NCBI GenBank assembly: GCA_934130435.1
Contig: CAKOYB010000001.1
Location: forward strand, 1,664 to 65,663
Reading direction: 5' to 3'
Length of the DNA stretch: 64,000 nt
Source of the DNA: an uncultured Clostridia bacterium
GTDB lineage: Bacteria > Bacillota > Clostridia > TANB77 > CAG-508
This document shows, in pieces, positions 1 through 10,139 of the stretch. The notes beneath the pieces are model-generated. The model saw only the letters and a list, made by a program, of their open reading frames with translations, did not search any database and was not told where the DNA came from. The position numbers and the translations under genes were made by a program. How positions within the stretch are numbered: position 1 is the stretch's first letter; the number at the start of each line of letters is the position of its first letter.

Positions 1-122
1 AGTCGTTTTAGTTCTGTTAACTTTTTTTTCAGTTTTTCAACAATTTCCTCTTGAGTTGACTCTGGATTTAATTTTATTATTATTTCATCTTTTGCTGCTT
101 TTATTGTTATATTACTTCTCAT
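1..122 (-). CDS. minC: Partial CDS (N-terminus only), probable septum site-determining protein MinC
   Basis: ATG at 120-122 on the minus strand. N-terminal translation MRSNITIKAAKDEIIIKLNPESTQEEIVEKLKKKLTELKRL resembles the MinC N-terminus. It sits directly downstream of pbp2 in the conserved mreBCD-pbp2-minCDE order. Truncated by the window edge. Confidence 0.4.
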   Translation of the reverse strand, partial: MRSNITIKAAKDEIIIKLNPESTQEEIVEKLKKKLTELKR

Positions 123-145
123 ATTTTCCCCCCTATAGTTTTATT

Positions 146-2224
146 TTATCTTTCATTATATACAGTTGCTGACATATCTTCTTTTAAAACTTGTTCATCT
201 TCAATATTTGTTTCAAAGTATGCTTCTAAAATTTTTTTAGAAGCCTTTGCTGCATTAGAATCTGTTGACCCGTCTTCAAGGATAACTACAACCGCTACTT
301 CCGGATTGTCATATGGCGCAAATCCTACAAACCATCCATTTGTTACCTCTCCTGCTTGTGCAGAACCTGTTTTTCCTGCAACTGCCACCTTAAAGTTTCT
401 AAATACTGCATTTGCTGTTCCTCCCGCTGAAGTTACAAGCCTCATTCCACTTTTAACAATTCCAATTGTTTTTTGAGAAATTTTTAAGTTTGATTTTTGA
501 CTTGTGTCTATTCCTAATAAACCATTTACATATTTTCTTATCTCTTCTTTTGAAGTTTCAACTCCATCTGCATCTTTTACTCTTTTTATAACAGTAGGTG
601 TAATATAATTTCCGCCATTTGCTACCATGCTTACATATCTAGCCATTTGAAGAGGAGAGAAGTTGTTGTATCCTTGTCCAATTGCTGCTGATAATGTGTC
701 TGATAAATACCATCCTTGTCCTTTCTGCTCTGCAACTTCTTTACTTGCTAATGTTCCTGCTGTTTCTCCTGATAACTCAATTCCTGTTTTTTCTCCTAAT
801 CCATAAAACTTCGCATATTCGTCTAGTTTATCAATTCCTAATCTTCTTCCCATTTCATAGAAGAAATAGTTACATGATTTTTGGATTGCTGTCTTTATAT
901 TTACGTTTCCATGTCCTCTATGATATTGTGTGTAGTACCAACAAACTGGGTTATGGGCATATGGGTAAATTCCTCTATCATACACATATTCCCCTTCCTT
1001 TACTGCACCTTCCTCTAATGCTGCTGTTGCTGTAACCATTTTAAATGTTGAACCTGGTGCATATGCTCCTTGCGTTGCCCTACTGTGAAGTTTGTTATTC
1101 TCTTTTATATTTTCCCATTCCTCATTGCTAATTCCTCCCACAAAAACCTCTGGTTTAAAAGAAGGATAACTACACATCGCTAAAACTTCCCCAGAATTCA
1201 CATTCATAACAACTGCTGCCCCGAAGTTCGATTTTTTTCCAAGTTTTCTTAATTTGTTTACACTATCTTCAATTATTTCTTCTGTTTTTTTCTGCAGTTC
1301 ACTATCTATTGTTAGTGTAATATCTGAACCAGCTATTGCTTCATCTACTACATACGCATCTTTTATAGCTCCGTCGACAGACATGTAAATTTGTTTAGTT
1401 CCATTTTTTCCTTTTAGATATTTTTCAAATATATACTCTACACCTATTCTTCCTATATAGTCATTTGATAAATATCCTTCTTCTAGTTTTTGTTTTAGTT
1501 CATCTTCATTTATTTTTCCAATATATCCAATTATGTGAGCTGCTAATTCTCCGCTCGTATAGGTTCTTATTGGCTGTTCCGAAATATTTATTCCAGGAAA
1601 TTCACTATTTTGTTCATTAAACTGTATTGCACTTTTTTTACTAATATCTTCCGCAATTTTTATTGATTTAGTTGCACTGTATCCCTTAGTTGTTATTTCA
1701 TATCTAACAGCAATTATTCTTAATACTTCTTTTATATCTTTGCTGCTAATTTTATATTTTTCCTTAAATTTTTCTATACACTCTTCTGCTGTTGCATCTT
1801 GCTTTATTTTATATGTTTGTTTCCATTTATTAATTTTGTTTTCTGTTGAAAGAGTAAATTCATTATTTTCATTTATTGGAAAATTATTAATGTATTTATC
1901 TTCATTTTGTATAAGTAAATTAATTATTTTTAATATAGTATTATTTAGCGTTTCATCATCAGATTTTGTTTTATATAATTCCAGACTATATCCCGTTTTA
2001 GTTGTTGCAAGAATCTTTTCTTTTCGGTCTAATATTTTTCCTCTTGCCGCTTCTATTGTACTTTCTCTTGTAAGTCTAGAATCTGAAGTCTCTTTATATT
2101 CTTTTCCTTTAACAATTTGAAGCCTAAAGAGCTGTACTAATAACACTATGCTTACTATGTATACAAATGCTATAAGTGAATTATACCTTAAGTTAAAATT
2201 AGCTTTAATATTATTATTCTTCAA
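146..2224 (-). CDS. mrdA: Penicillin-binding protein 2 (peptidoglycan D,D-transpeptidase)
   Basis: 692 aa with an N-terminal TM helix, a PBP dimerisation domain and a transpeptidase domain with STFK, SCN and KTG motifs. Downstream of mreD. Confidence 0.85.
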   Translation of the reverse strand: MKNNNIKANFNLRYNSLIAFVYIVSIVLLVQLFRLQIVKGKEYKETSDSRLTRESTIEAARGKILDRKEKILATTKTGYSLELYKTKSDDETLNNTILKIINLLIQNEDKYINNFPINENNEFTLSTENKINKWKQTYKIKQDATAEECIEKFKEKYKISSKDIKEVLRIIAVRYEITTKGYSATKSIKIAEDISKKSAIQFNEQNSEFPGINISEQPIRTYTSGELAAHIIGYIGKINEDELKQKLEEGYLSNDYIGRIGVEYIFEKYLKGKNGTKQIYMSVDGAIKDAYVVDEAIAGSDITLTIDSELQKKTEEIIEDSVNKLRKLGKKSNFGAAVVMNVNSGEVLAMCSYPSFKPEVFVGGISNEEWENIKENNKLHSRATQGAYAPGSTFKMVTATAALEEGAVKEGEYVYDRGIYPYAHNPVCWYYTQYHRGHGNVNIKTAIQKSCNYFFYEMGRRLGIDKLDEYAKFYGLGEKTGIELSGETAGTLASKEVAEQKGQGWYLSDTLSAAIGQGYNNFSPLQMARYVSMVANGGNYITPTVIKRVKDADGVETSKEEIRKYVNGLLGIDTSQKSNLKISQKTIGIVKSGMRLVTSAGGTANAVFRNFKVAVAGKTGSAQAGEVTNGWFVGFAPYDNPEVAVVVILEDGSTDSNAAKASKKILEAYFETNIEDEQVLKEDMSATVYNER

Positions 2225-2242
2225 CTTAGCTTCCTTTCTTTT

Positions 2243-2776
2243 TTAAAAATATCTCGTTAATATCTTTTTTTCTTTAAAGTTTTCTTCTATTTTATAACCT
2301 AGTTTTATAATTAACGGATATAATATTATTGTTAAAATAAGATTAAATATTATCTCAATCATTAATATTCTTATAAAGTCTATTATTTCTATATATGCAC
2401 CGTTAAATAGAACATTCAAAGTATAAATTCCTGTCTCATAGATGATAGTTGTTAATGTTATTGTTATCATCATGGTTATTCTGCTATCTTTTGAAAACTT
2501 CTCATCTAAGTATCCTCCCATAAATCCAATTATTCCTAAAGCAATACCTCCAACTCCTATGTTTTTTCCAATAAAGAAATCTAAACATATTCCAAAAAAA
2601 ATGCCCAGACTACTTCCTAATGATTTACCTCCAAAAAGTCCAATAACTAGTACTAAAATTATAAATAAATTTGGTTTTATATTAGATAAATTAAACCATA
2701 AAAATAAATTAGTTTCTAGCAGGTATATAATTAAGAACACTACAATTAAGATACTAATTATAAAGGTTTTCTTCAT
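2243..2776 (-). CDS. mreD: Rod shape-determining protein MreD
   Basis: 177-aa polytopic membrane protein immediately after mreC in the mreBCD operon. Confidence 0.65.
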   Translation of the reverse strand: MKKTFIISILIVVFLIIYLLETNLFLWFNLSNIKPNLFIILVLVIGLFGGKSLGSSLGIFFGICLDFFIGKNIGVGGIALGIIGFMGGYLDEKFSKDSRITMMITITLTTIIYETGIYTLNVLFNGAYIEIIDFIRILMIEIIFNLILTIILYPLIIKLGYKIEENFKEKKILTRYF

Positions 2777-2802
2777 TTTTCTTTCCTTCCTATATTAATA
2801 GT

Positions 2803-3612
2803 TTAGTTTTTTATTACTAATACTGTCTCTAATGCATCAAAGTTAACTCCAGTTTCTACAGTAAAGGTTCTATCAGTTATATTTTTTGTGTTTTTTATTT
2901 TCTTTATTTTTCCTATATATATTCCCTTAGGATATATTCCTCCCATTCCAGACGTGTGTAATTTTTCTCCTTCTGTTAGCTGTGTATCTGTAGAAATATA
3001 ACTTGCATTTAAAGTATTGTTGTTTAATGTTCCTCTACATATAACATTGTCTTTTGAATTTTCTAAACTAGCACTAACTACATTTGAAGTGTCTATTAAT
3101 GTTTGAACCTTTGCTGTATCATTGGTTACAGAAATTATATGTCCAACTAGTCCTTCTGCTGCTATTACTGTCATGTTCTTTTCTATTCCACTATCTTTTC
3201 CCACGTTTATAACATAAACATTTGAATAATTACTTACATCTTTGCTAATTATATATCCAGGCACAGTTTTGTATTCTTTATATTGTTCTGTGAGATTTAA
3301 ATATTCTTTTAGTGTATTGTTCTCAGCTTGTATAATTTCAAGCTGTCTTAGTGATTCTTCAAGTTTTGTGTTTTTTTCTTTTAGTTTATTATTTTCATCT
3401 TTTAATGTATCTATATTTGCAAAAAAGCTTGAATTTCCAGACACTTTATTTTTTAAGTATTTTAGTCCATTTTCAATTGGCATGATTATATTACTAAATG
3501 CATTTTCTATATAAGAAAATTTCTCAATTTTTAAATTTGAAATAAAAACCAAAAATATCAATATAATTATAGTAATAATTACTCCTATAATGTTTGTTTT
3601 TCTCTTATCCAA
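2803..3612 (-). CDS. mreC: Rod shape-determining protein MreC
   Basis: 269 aa with an N-terminal TM helix, a coiled-coil (LKEKNTKLEESLRQLEIIQAEN) and an MreC beta domain. Between mreB and mreD. Confidence 0.8.
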   Translation of the reverse strand: MDKRKTNIIGVIITIIILIFLVFISNLKIEKFSYIENAFSNIIMPIENGLKYLKNKVSGNSSFFANIDTLKDENNKLKEKNTKLEESLRQLEIIQAENNTLKEYLNLTEQYKEYKTVPGYIISKDVSNYSNVYVINVGKDSGIEKNMTVIAAEGLVGHIISVTNDTAKVQTLIDTSNVVSASLENSKDNVICRGTLNNNTLNASYISTDTQLTEGEKLHTSGMGGIYPKGIYIGKIKKIKNTKNITDRTFTVETGVNFDALETVLVIKN

Positions 3613-3627
3613 AACATTTCTCCTTTA

Positions 3628-4695
3628 TCATATTCTTTTTCTATTTCTAATTGACTCTCTTAATTTTTTTATATCTTGTAGTGTTTTTCCTGCTCCATTT
3701 ACTACACAACTTAATGGTGCTTCTGCTATATACACTGGTATTTCTATTTTTTCACTCAAAAGCTTATCAATATCCTTTATAAGTGCTCCTCCTCCAGTAA
3801 GAATAATTCCTTTTCTCATTACATCAGCAGATAGTTCAGGTGGGGTTTTCTCTAATGTTATTTTTACACATTCAACAATTTCATTTATTGAATCTGAAAT
3901 TGCCTCCAAAACTTGATAAGAAGATATTTCCTGAACTCTTGGTAAACCTGTATTTAAATCTAAACCTCTAATTTCAATTGTTTCGTTTGTAACTGGGGGC
4001 TTTGCACATCCAATCCTTATTTTTATGTTCTCTGCTGTCGTTGTTCCTATTAGCAGATTAAACTCTTTTTTTACATAGTTCAAAATGTCTTCATCTAATT
4101 CATCTCCTGCAATTCTTATTGAATTGCTAACAACAATTCCTCCTAGCGAAATAACAGCAACTTCTGTTGTTCCTCCTCCAATGTCTACCACAATATTTCC
4201 TGATGGTTCTGAAATCTCCATATTTGCTCCAATTGCCGCAGCAATTGGTTCCTCAATTAGATATACTTCTTTCGCACCTGTTTGTACAATTGTTTCTTCT
4301 ACTGCTCTTCTTTCAACTTCTGTAATTCCAGATGGAACTCCAACAACTACTCTTAGCTTTTTAATATTATATTTTTTGCATAATTTTCCTATTATATTTT
4401 TTAATAATGCTTGTGTAGCTTTAAAATCTGCTATAACTCCATCCTTTAATGGCTTTACTGCTTTTATTCTCTGCGGTGTTCTTCCAAGCATCTCTCTTGC
4501 TTCTTCACCCCTTGCTATTACTTCTTTTCTTTTTTTATCTATTGCCACAACAGATGGTTCATCTAATACTATTCCTTTTTCTTTTATCAAAACTAATATA
4601 TTTGATGTTCCTAAGTCTATTGCCATATCGCAATAAGACAAATAAAAAGATTTAAAATTTAGATTTAACCCTTTCTTCTTCATATATCCTCCCAA
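3628..4695 (-). CDS. mreB: Rod shape-determining actin-like protein MreB
   Basis: 355 aa with actin/Hsp70-fold motifs (DLGTSN, GGGTTEVAVIS, ILTGGGALI). Confidence 0.9.
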   Translation of the reverse strand: MGGYMKKKGLNLNFKSFYLSYCDMAIDLGTSNILVLIKEKGIVLDEPSVVAIDKKRKEVIARGEEAREMLGRTPQRIKAVKPLKDGVIADFKATQALLKNIIGKLCKKYNIKKLRVVVGVPSGITEVERRAVEETIVQTGAKEVYLIEEPIAAAIGANMEISEPSGNIVVDIGGGTTEVAVISLGGIVVSNSIRIAGDELDEDILNYVKKEFNLLIGTTTAENIKIRIGCAKPPVTNETIEIRGLDLNTGLPRVQEISSYQVLEAISDSINEIVECVKITLEKTPPELSADVMRKGIILTGGGALIKDIDKLLSEKIEIPVYIAEAPLSCVVNGAGKTLQDIKKLRESIRNRKRI

Positions 4696-4706
4696 AATTG
4701 TTTATT

Positions 4707-5393
4707 TTACTTAGTTAATAAACTCTCAAAACTATTCTTTCCTATGATAATATGGTCTAGTAGCTCTATTCCAAGAATATTAGCTCCTTCATATATTCTA
4801 TCTGTTATACTATAATCCGATTTACTTGGAGTTGTATCTCCACTTGGATGATTATGTACTAAAATTATTTTTGGAGCTTGTATCTTTATAGCTCCATATA
4901 ATACTTCTTTTGGGTCTATCATAGCAAAATTTGTTCCTCCATATGAAATATCTTCTATTTTCAATACTACATTTTTGGAGTTCAACATAATTACTTTTGC
5001 CTTTTCTCGTTTTTCGTACATTAATTCATTCATTAGTAAATCAGCTGCATCTTTTGAATTATTAATTTTTATTTTTATATTTGAGATTGGTTTATTTATT
5101 CTTTTTGCTAACTCGCAAACAGCTTGTAATTGAATAGCTTTTACTTTTCCAATACCTTTTATGCTCATATACTCTTTTATAGAAATATCTTGTAAAAATG
5201 TTAAATCGTCTTTTAAATCATTATCTTTTATTTTTAATATTTTTTGTGCTAGTCCAACTGATGTTTCGTTTTTTGTTCCTGTTTTTATTATTATTGCCAA
5301 TAATTCTGAATTTGTTAATTTTTCTGCCCCATACATTTCAAGTTTCTCATATGGTCGTTCCGAATCTGGCAATTCCTTTATTTTAATTGGCAC
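4707..5393 (-). CDS. radC: RadC-family JAB-domain protein
   Basis: 228 aa with HhH-like N-terminus and the JAMM motif HNHPSGDTTPSKSD. Conserved position upstream of mreB. Confidence 0.85.
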   Translation of the reverse strand: MPIKIKELPDSERPYEKLEMYGAEKLTNSELLAIIIKTGTKNETSVGLAQKILKIKDNDLKDDLTFLQDISIKEYMSIKGIGKVKAIQLQAVCELAKRINKPISNIKIKINNSKDAADLLMNELMYEKREKAKVIMLNSKNVVLKIEDISYGGTNFAMIDPKEVLYGAIKIQAPKIILVHNHPSGDTTPSKSDYSITDRIYEGANILGIELLDHIIIGKNSFESLLTK

Positions 5394-5417
5394 TTTTAGC
5401 TCCTTTCGAAGCTCCCT

Positions 5418-5675
5418 TTATATTTTTCTATATATAAATATTGCTATTGCCATACCGATTATACTTGCTATGTTAATTTTAAATGATATAGCAAATGTGA
5501 TATTTATTATATTCAAATTTAATTCTACTGGTGAAGTAAGTCCAAAAGACTCACCATATCCAAGCCACCATAAGAAATCTACTGAAGAGGCAATTGTCCC
5601 TAAAAGTCCCCCTATTACTAATCCTGAGAATATAAATAAAAGTAATATCCATATATTTTTCTCTTTTGTAGCCAT
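5418..5675 (-). CDS. Small integral membrane protein (DUF4321-like)
   Basis: 85 aa with two predicted TM helices. Conserved small gene upstream of radC/maf in Firmicutes. Confidence 0.45.
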   Translation of the reverse strand: MATKEKNIWILLLFIFSGLVIGGLLGTIASSVDFLWWLGYGESFGLTSPVELNLNIINITFAISFKINIASIIGMAIAIFIYRKI

Positions 5676-5921
5676 TTTTTCCTCCTATTTTATGTATTTC
5701 TAATTTCATCTAATTTATCACTATTGTATTATATATTTAAAACTGCTTTTTTTCAATACATTTACTTTAAAAAATCTAATAATGCTATAGCAAATTACTT
5801 AAAATAACCTAATTTATAATTGTAACATTTTATGAGATTAATTTATATTATATATAAATTACCAAAAATTGTTTGTTTCTTTAATTCTATAATCATAGTA
5901 TAATTATTTTAGGGGGCTATT

Positions 5922-6440
5922 ATGCAAATAGAAAAAATTAATAACGATAAGCTAGAAATTCTTCTAAGTATTGAAGATTTAAAGGAAAATAATCTTGATG
6001 TACATTCTTTTTTAAGCAATTCTTCTGAAACACAGAATCTTTTTTTTGATATATTAGATTTAGCAAAAGAAAAATATGACTTTACAATAGAAGATGACAA
6101 ATTTATTGTAGAATCAATAAATTTGAACGAAAGCTTATTTTTGGTTACTATAACTAAGCTACTTTCTAGCTCTGCTTCAGATACTTCTCCTAATTCTCCA
6201 ACCATTTATCGTTCAGACTCATTTGAAGATTTTTATATACTTTATAATTTTATAAAGGACTATAATTTTGATAAATTCTGTACTATATACAGTTATCTAA
6301 ACTCTTTTTTTTATATTTTTAATAAAAAACCAGAAAAAAATTTAATTAGTATTTTAAATGAATATTGTACATATGAAAAATATACAAATTGCATTAATAA
6401 TATTTTATTAGAACATGGAAAACTACTTAAAATTAAATAA
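5922..6440 (+). CDS. mecA: Adapter protein MecA (short form)
   Basis: N-terminus MQIEKINNDKLEI... and C-terminus ...LSILNEYCTYEKY..LLEHGKLL align with B. subtilis MecA (MEIERIN... / LSILLEYAT..LEEYGKLI). Confidence 0.65.
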   Translation: MQIEKINNDKLEILLSIEDLKENNLDVHSFLSNSSETQNLFFDILDLAKEKYDFTIEDDKFIVESINLNESLFLVTITKLLSSSASDTSPNSPTIYRSDSFEDFYILYNFIKDYNFDKFCTIYSYLNSFFYIFNKKPEKNLISILNEYCTYEKYTNCINNILLEHGKLLKIK

Positions 6441-6470
6441 GGTGAGCTATTTAATATAAGCTCACCTTAT
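6439..6470. terminator. Bidirectional rho-independent terminator between convergent mecA and 6471..7217
   Basis: Perfect inverted repeat AAGGTGAGCT...AGCTCACCTT flanked by T/A runs. Confidence 0.6.
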
Positions 6471-7217
6471 TTATTCTCTTTTAAAAATTATGTCTTTCAT
6501 ATTTGTTTTATTTATATTTGATACCCCTTCTTTAGCTATATCTCCAATTGGAAGATCTAGTTCTATATTTGCTCTATATGACACATCTGATGATAATGTT
6601 ATCACCAAATCAAATGATATTTTTGTTTTTATTTGTTCTACATTTATATTTATATTATTTAGTAACTTACCATCATGAGTTAATTCTTTGTCATTTGAGA
6701 TATAGTTTTTACCCGTTTTATTTGTTACTCTAAAAGCTATAGTTCCACCCTGATTTGATATTTTTAAAGTTTCTAAATCTGATTCTATATCTCCTTTGTA
6801 AATTATATTATTGTTTATTTCATATTCCGTATTATATAAATATATATTATTGCTATTATCATTTTTAGCTGGTCTATAGAAAAAAATTTTTCCTACTTCT
6901 GGCTCTTCAGGTATTTCAATATTTTCAACTTTTATACTTTTTATATACTCTTCCTGTTTATTGTTTCTATTTCTTTGTATATTTAAGTATATATCATTAT
7001 TTTGATATACTTCAACATTCCAGTTATTTTCTTCGTCCTGTTTTTCCTGGTATCCTTCTGCAGTACTCACTGCAATAATTTCTGATAATTCAAATGGCAT
7101 ATTTCTTTCGCCTTCAACATTATATTTTAGTATTAAAAGAAAAATAATCACAATTACTAAAATTATAATGAAAAAATAAGAAATATTTTTTATTAATTTT
7201 TTTATTCGATTTGTCAT
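6471..7217 (-). CDS. Hypothetical membrane-anchored protein
   Basis: 248 aa with a single N-terminal TM helix and an acidic, N-rich extracytoplasmic region. No recognisable catalytic motif. Confidence 0.5.
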   Translation of the reverse strand: MTNRIKKLIKNISYFFIIILVIVIIFLLILKYNVEGERNMPFELSEIIAVSTAEGYQEKQDEENNWNVEVYQNNDIYLNIQRNRNNKQEEYIKSIKVENIEIPEEPEVGKIFFYRPAKNDNSNNIYLYNTEYEINNNIIYKGDIESDLETLKISNQGGTIAFRVTNKTGKNYISNDKELTHDGKLLNNININVEQIKTKISFDLVITLSSDVSYRANIELDLPIGDIAKEGVSNINKTNMKDIIFKRE

Positions 7218-7254
7218 AAGTCCTCCTATTTACAACAAACTTATTTATTATATT

Positions 7255-7725
7255 TTATGCTTTATTTTTTTCTCTTAATTTTTTAAAAAATTGCATTAAT
7301 ATTTCTTCACATTGTTCCTTTAGAATCCCTTCTTCTTTTTCTATTTTTGTATCAAGCTTAATACTTAATAAATCTATTTTTGAGCCACAAGCTCCCATTC
7401 TAAAGTCGTTTGCTCCAATATATACTTTTTTTATTCTAGAACTTATAATTGCCCCTGTACACATTGGACACGGTTCTAGTGTTACATATAATTCACAATT
7501 GTTTAATCTCCAATTTTTAATCCTTTTACTTGCTTTTTTTATGGCTATTATTTCAGCATGGTCTAATGCACATTTTCTTTTTTCTTTTCTATTATGTCCT
7601 CTCCCTATTATTTTTCCATCCAACACAACTACAGCCCCCACTGGAACTTCCATTTTGCAACATGCTTTTTTAGCTTCTTTTAATGCCTCTTGCATATAAT
7701 ACTCTTTATTCATATTCGCTCCCAA
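7255..7725 (-). CDS. tadA: tRNA-specific adenosine deaminase TadA
   Basis: CDA-fold zinc motifs HAE and PCPMC with conserved TadA spacing. Confidence 0.85.
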   Translation of the reverse strand: MGANMNKEYYMQEALKEAKKACCKMEVPVGAVVVLDGKIIGRGHNRKEKRKCALDHAEIIAIKKASKRIKNWRLNNCELYVTLEPCPMCTGAIISSRIKKVYIGANDFRMGACGSKIDLLSIKLDTKIEKEEGILKEQCEEILMQFFKKLREKNKA

Positions 7726-7780
7726 TTGAGCTAATATTCTTAATATTAAAAAAGCATAGTTTTTATTACTATGGCTTTAC

Positions 7781-7856
<76 letters not shown>

Positions 7857-8039
7857 GTATTAGCTCTATTTATATACATATAATAATATATTTTATATTA
7901 AAAATCAATAAAATAATTTAAATACATGAATTATTTTTTAATAAGTTAAATTTTTATTTATTATTTTTCATTATTTTTTTATTCTAAATATTGACTTTAT
8001 TCTGATATAGTGTTAATATAGTATATGCATTTAGCATTT

Positions 8040-8116
<77 letters not shown>

Positions 8117-8118
8117 AA

Positions 8119-8152
8119 AAGAAATCATGGTAAAACTGTGATTTCTTTTTTT
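8119..8152 (+). terminator. Rho-independent terminator after tRNA-Arg(TCT)
   Basis: Hairpin GAAATCA...TGATTTC followed by a T7 run. Confidence 0.6.
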
Positions 8153-8558
8153 ATAAACATTATTATTTTAAATTATTAATGCTTTTTTATAATAAAAATA
8201 CTACTAGCTTTGGGCATACTAGTAGTATTTCGAAAAGTTTTACTTTTCTATTTATTAGGGGTTTGCAGAAATTAATAAAATAAAGGGAGCTTTTGGAAAT
8301 ATTAGTAATTGTTCCTAAAACAAACATTAATTTCTGCAAGTTTAAAGACATTTTTAATAAACGTTATTGCGCTTGTTCTAATTATATATTTAAAAATCTT
8401 TTTAATTTTTGTGATTGTTTTTTTATTATAATTTTTCTAATTATAATAAAAATAGAAATAAATAAAATTATTTTGAAAAAAATCATTTTAAACCAATTTC
8501 TTTGAATTAAATTATGTTTTAATAATACAATTTTTACTCTGTATTGTCAAGAAAAACT

Positions 8559-9086
8559 TTACGACATAAATTTCCAAAATACGACAGCTGTTATCATTCC
8601 AGCCAAATCTGCAAGTAATGCAGCTATTAGTACAAATCTTGTCTTTTTAATTCCCACTGCGCTTGTATAAAGTGCAATTGTATATATTGTAGTTTCTGTA
8701 GCTCCCATAATTGTCGCAGCCATCAATCCAATTATTGAGTCTACACCATAATTCTTCATTATATCTGTTGCAACCGCTGTTGAAGCACTGCCTGATATTG
8801 GTCTAAGCATAGCTAAAGGAATAATTTCTGATGGAATTTTTAAGAAACTTAATATAGGCATTAAAGCTTGTATTATTGCATCAATTATCCCTGATTCCCT
8901 TAGAACTTTTATAGCCAAAAATAATCCCAGTAATGTTGGAAAAATATTCACAACTATTTTCATACCACTTTTAGCTCCTTCTAAGAATGAATCATACACT
9001 TTATTCTTTTCTACTGTTCCATATATAACAATAAATAATATTGTAATTGGAATTGCAATATTAGATAAGTAGTTAATGATCTTCAT
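8559..9086 (-). CDS. spmB: Spore maturation protein B (nucleoside-recognition/GATE domain membrane protein)
   Basis: 175-aa polytopic membrane protein. Forms the SpmA/SpmB family pair with the upstream gene. Confidence 0.75.
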   Translation of the reverse strand: MKIINYLSNIAIPITILFIVIYGTVEKNKVYDSFLEGAKSGMKIVVNIFPTLLGLFLAIKVLRESGIIDAIIQALMPILSFLKIPSEIIPLAMLRPISGSASTAVATDIMKNYGVDSIIGLMAATIMGATETTIYTIALYTSAVGIKKTRFVLIAALLADLAGMITAVVFWKFMS

Positions 9087-9093
9087 TTTATTC

Positions 9094-9669
9094 TTACATC
9101 CTTTTCATTAATATCTTTCCAGAAATAACTGCTGTTATAAATGCTACTATTGTAGATACCCAGACACCCATAATTATTTGAGTTGGATTTCTCGAACCCA
9201 AAGAACTTCTTATTGCAATCACAGTAGTCGGAATAATCTGTAATGAAGCAGTATTTATTAATATAAACATCGCCATTGAATCATTAAGTTTTTTCTTGTC
9301 TTTATTTTCTTTTTGCATACTCTCCATTGCTTTTAGTCCTAATGGTGTTGATGCATTTCCTAATCCTAATATATTTGCGACAACATTCATAGATATTTCT
9401 TGTTTTATTTTTTTATTATTTTTCATCTCTGGAAATATAAAATTTATCATTGGGTTTAAAAATTTAGTTAATTTTTTTATTAAACTTGTATTTACTGCAA
9501 TGTTCATTATTCCATTCCACAAGCAAATTGTCCCTAAGAATGTTATACACAAACTAACTGTTTCCTCTGCAGATTCAAATATAGAAGAATTTAATCTTTC
9601 TATATTTCCAGAAAAGATTGCATAAACAAATGAAATAATTATAAATATTGGCCAAATTATATTTAACAA
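9094..9669 (-). CDS. spmA: Spore maturation protein A
   Basis: 191-aa membrane protein with SpmA-like N-terminus MLNIIWPIFIIISF. Same operon as spmB. Confidence 0.75.
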   Translation of the reverse strand: MLNIIWPIFIIISFVYAIFSGNIERLNSSIFESAEETVSLCITFLGTICLWNGIMNIAVNTSLIKKLTKFLNPMINFIFPEMKNNKKIKQEISMNVVANILGLGNASTPLGLKAMESMQKENKDKKKLNDSMAMFILINTASLQIIPTTVIAIRSSLGSRNPTQIIMGVWVSTIVAFITAVISGKILMKRM

Positions 9670-9767
9670 TAAAATCCCTACTTTTGTTATTTTTTTACTT
9701 GTAATAATATATTCTATTCATTTTTATACAGAACATTTTTATTGTATTTTTTATTGTGTTTTTTATT

Positions 9768-9828
9768 GACTTAGTTTACAATATATGGTATTATACTTTT
9801 ATAAAATTTTGTCGAATTTTGTATTGTC
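9768..9828 (+). promoter_or_regulatory. abrB sigma-A-type promoter with downstream Spo0A (0A) boxes
   Basis: TTGACT(9768-9773), 17 nt spacer, TATTAT(9791-9796). Then TGTCGAA at 9810-9816 and TGTCATA at about 9822-9828, downstream of the promoter as in B. subtilis abrB. Confidence 0.45.
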
Positions 9829-9857
9829 ATAAATTGGTTTATTAGGAGGTAAAAAAT

Positions 9858-10103
9858 ATGAAATCAACAGGAATTGTAAGAAGAGTGGATGAATTGGGTA
9901 GAGTGGTAATCCCTATCGAATTAAGAAATAAATTTGATATTCAGGTAAAAGACCCTATAGAAATATATGTCCAAGAAAATACGATTGTTTTAAAAAAATA
10001 TGAACCAAATTGTATTTTTTGTGGTAATTCTAAAAACTTAATATCTTATAACGACAAATTAATTTGTAAAAAGTGTGCTGAAAAGATCCGCCAAGAATTA
10101 TAA
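9858..10103 (+). CDS. abrB: Transition-state regulator AbrB (SpoVT/AbrB swapped-hairpin domain)
   Basis: 81 aa starting MKSTGIVRRVDELGRVVIPIELR. Conserved synteny with rsmI and the yabB-like methyltransferase. Confidence 0.8.
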   Translation: MKSTGIVRRVDELGRVVIPIELRNKFDIQVKDPIEIYVQENTIVLKKYEPNCIFCGNSKNLISYNDKLICKKCAEKIRQEL

Positions 10104-10110
10104 ATATTTA

Positions 10111-10139
10111 AACGACCTTAATAATCTTAAGGTCGTTTT
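10111..10139. terminator. Bidirectional terminator between abrB and rsmI
   Basis: AAACGACCTTA...TAAGGTCGTTT perfect hairpin with flanking T/A runs. Confidence 0.6.

Noticed and set aside
682-2120. Antisense ORFs inside pbp2 (682..1035, 1740..2120), and similar antisense ORFs inside mreB, gyrA, gyrB, dnaA, mnmE, mnmG, leuS, VanW and the activase gene
   Set aside because: They are embedded opposite well-supported conserved genes, with leucine/phenylalanine-rich low-complexity products and no RBS. This is the usual shadow-ORF pattern in AT-rich DNA.
8293-8505. 70-aa plus-strand ORF in the tRNA-Arg/spmB intergenic region
   Set aside because: Extremely AT-rich, low-complexity I/K/N/F-rich translation with no RBS. 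It lies in a promoter/terminator region, so it is a typical spurious ORF.
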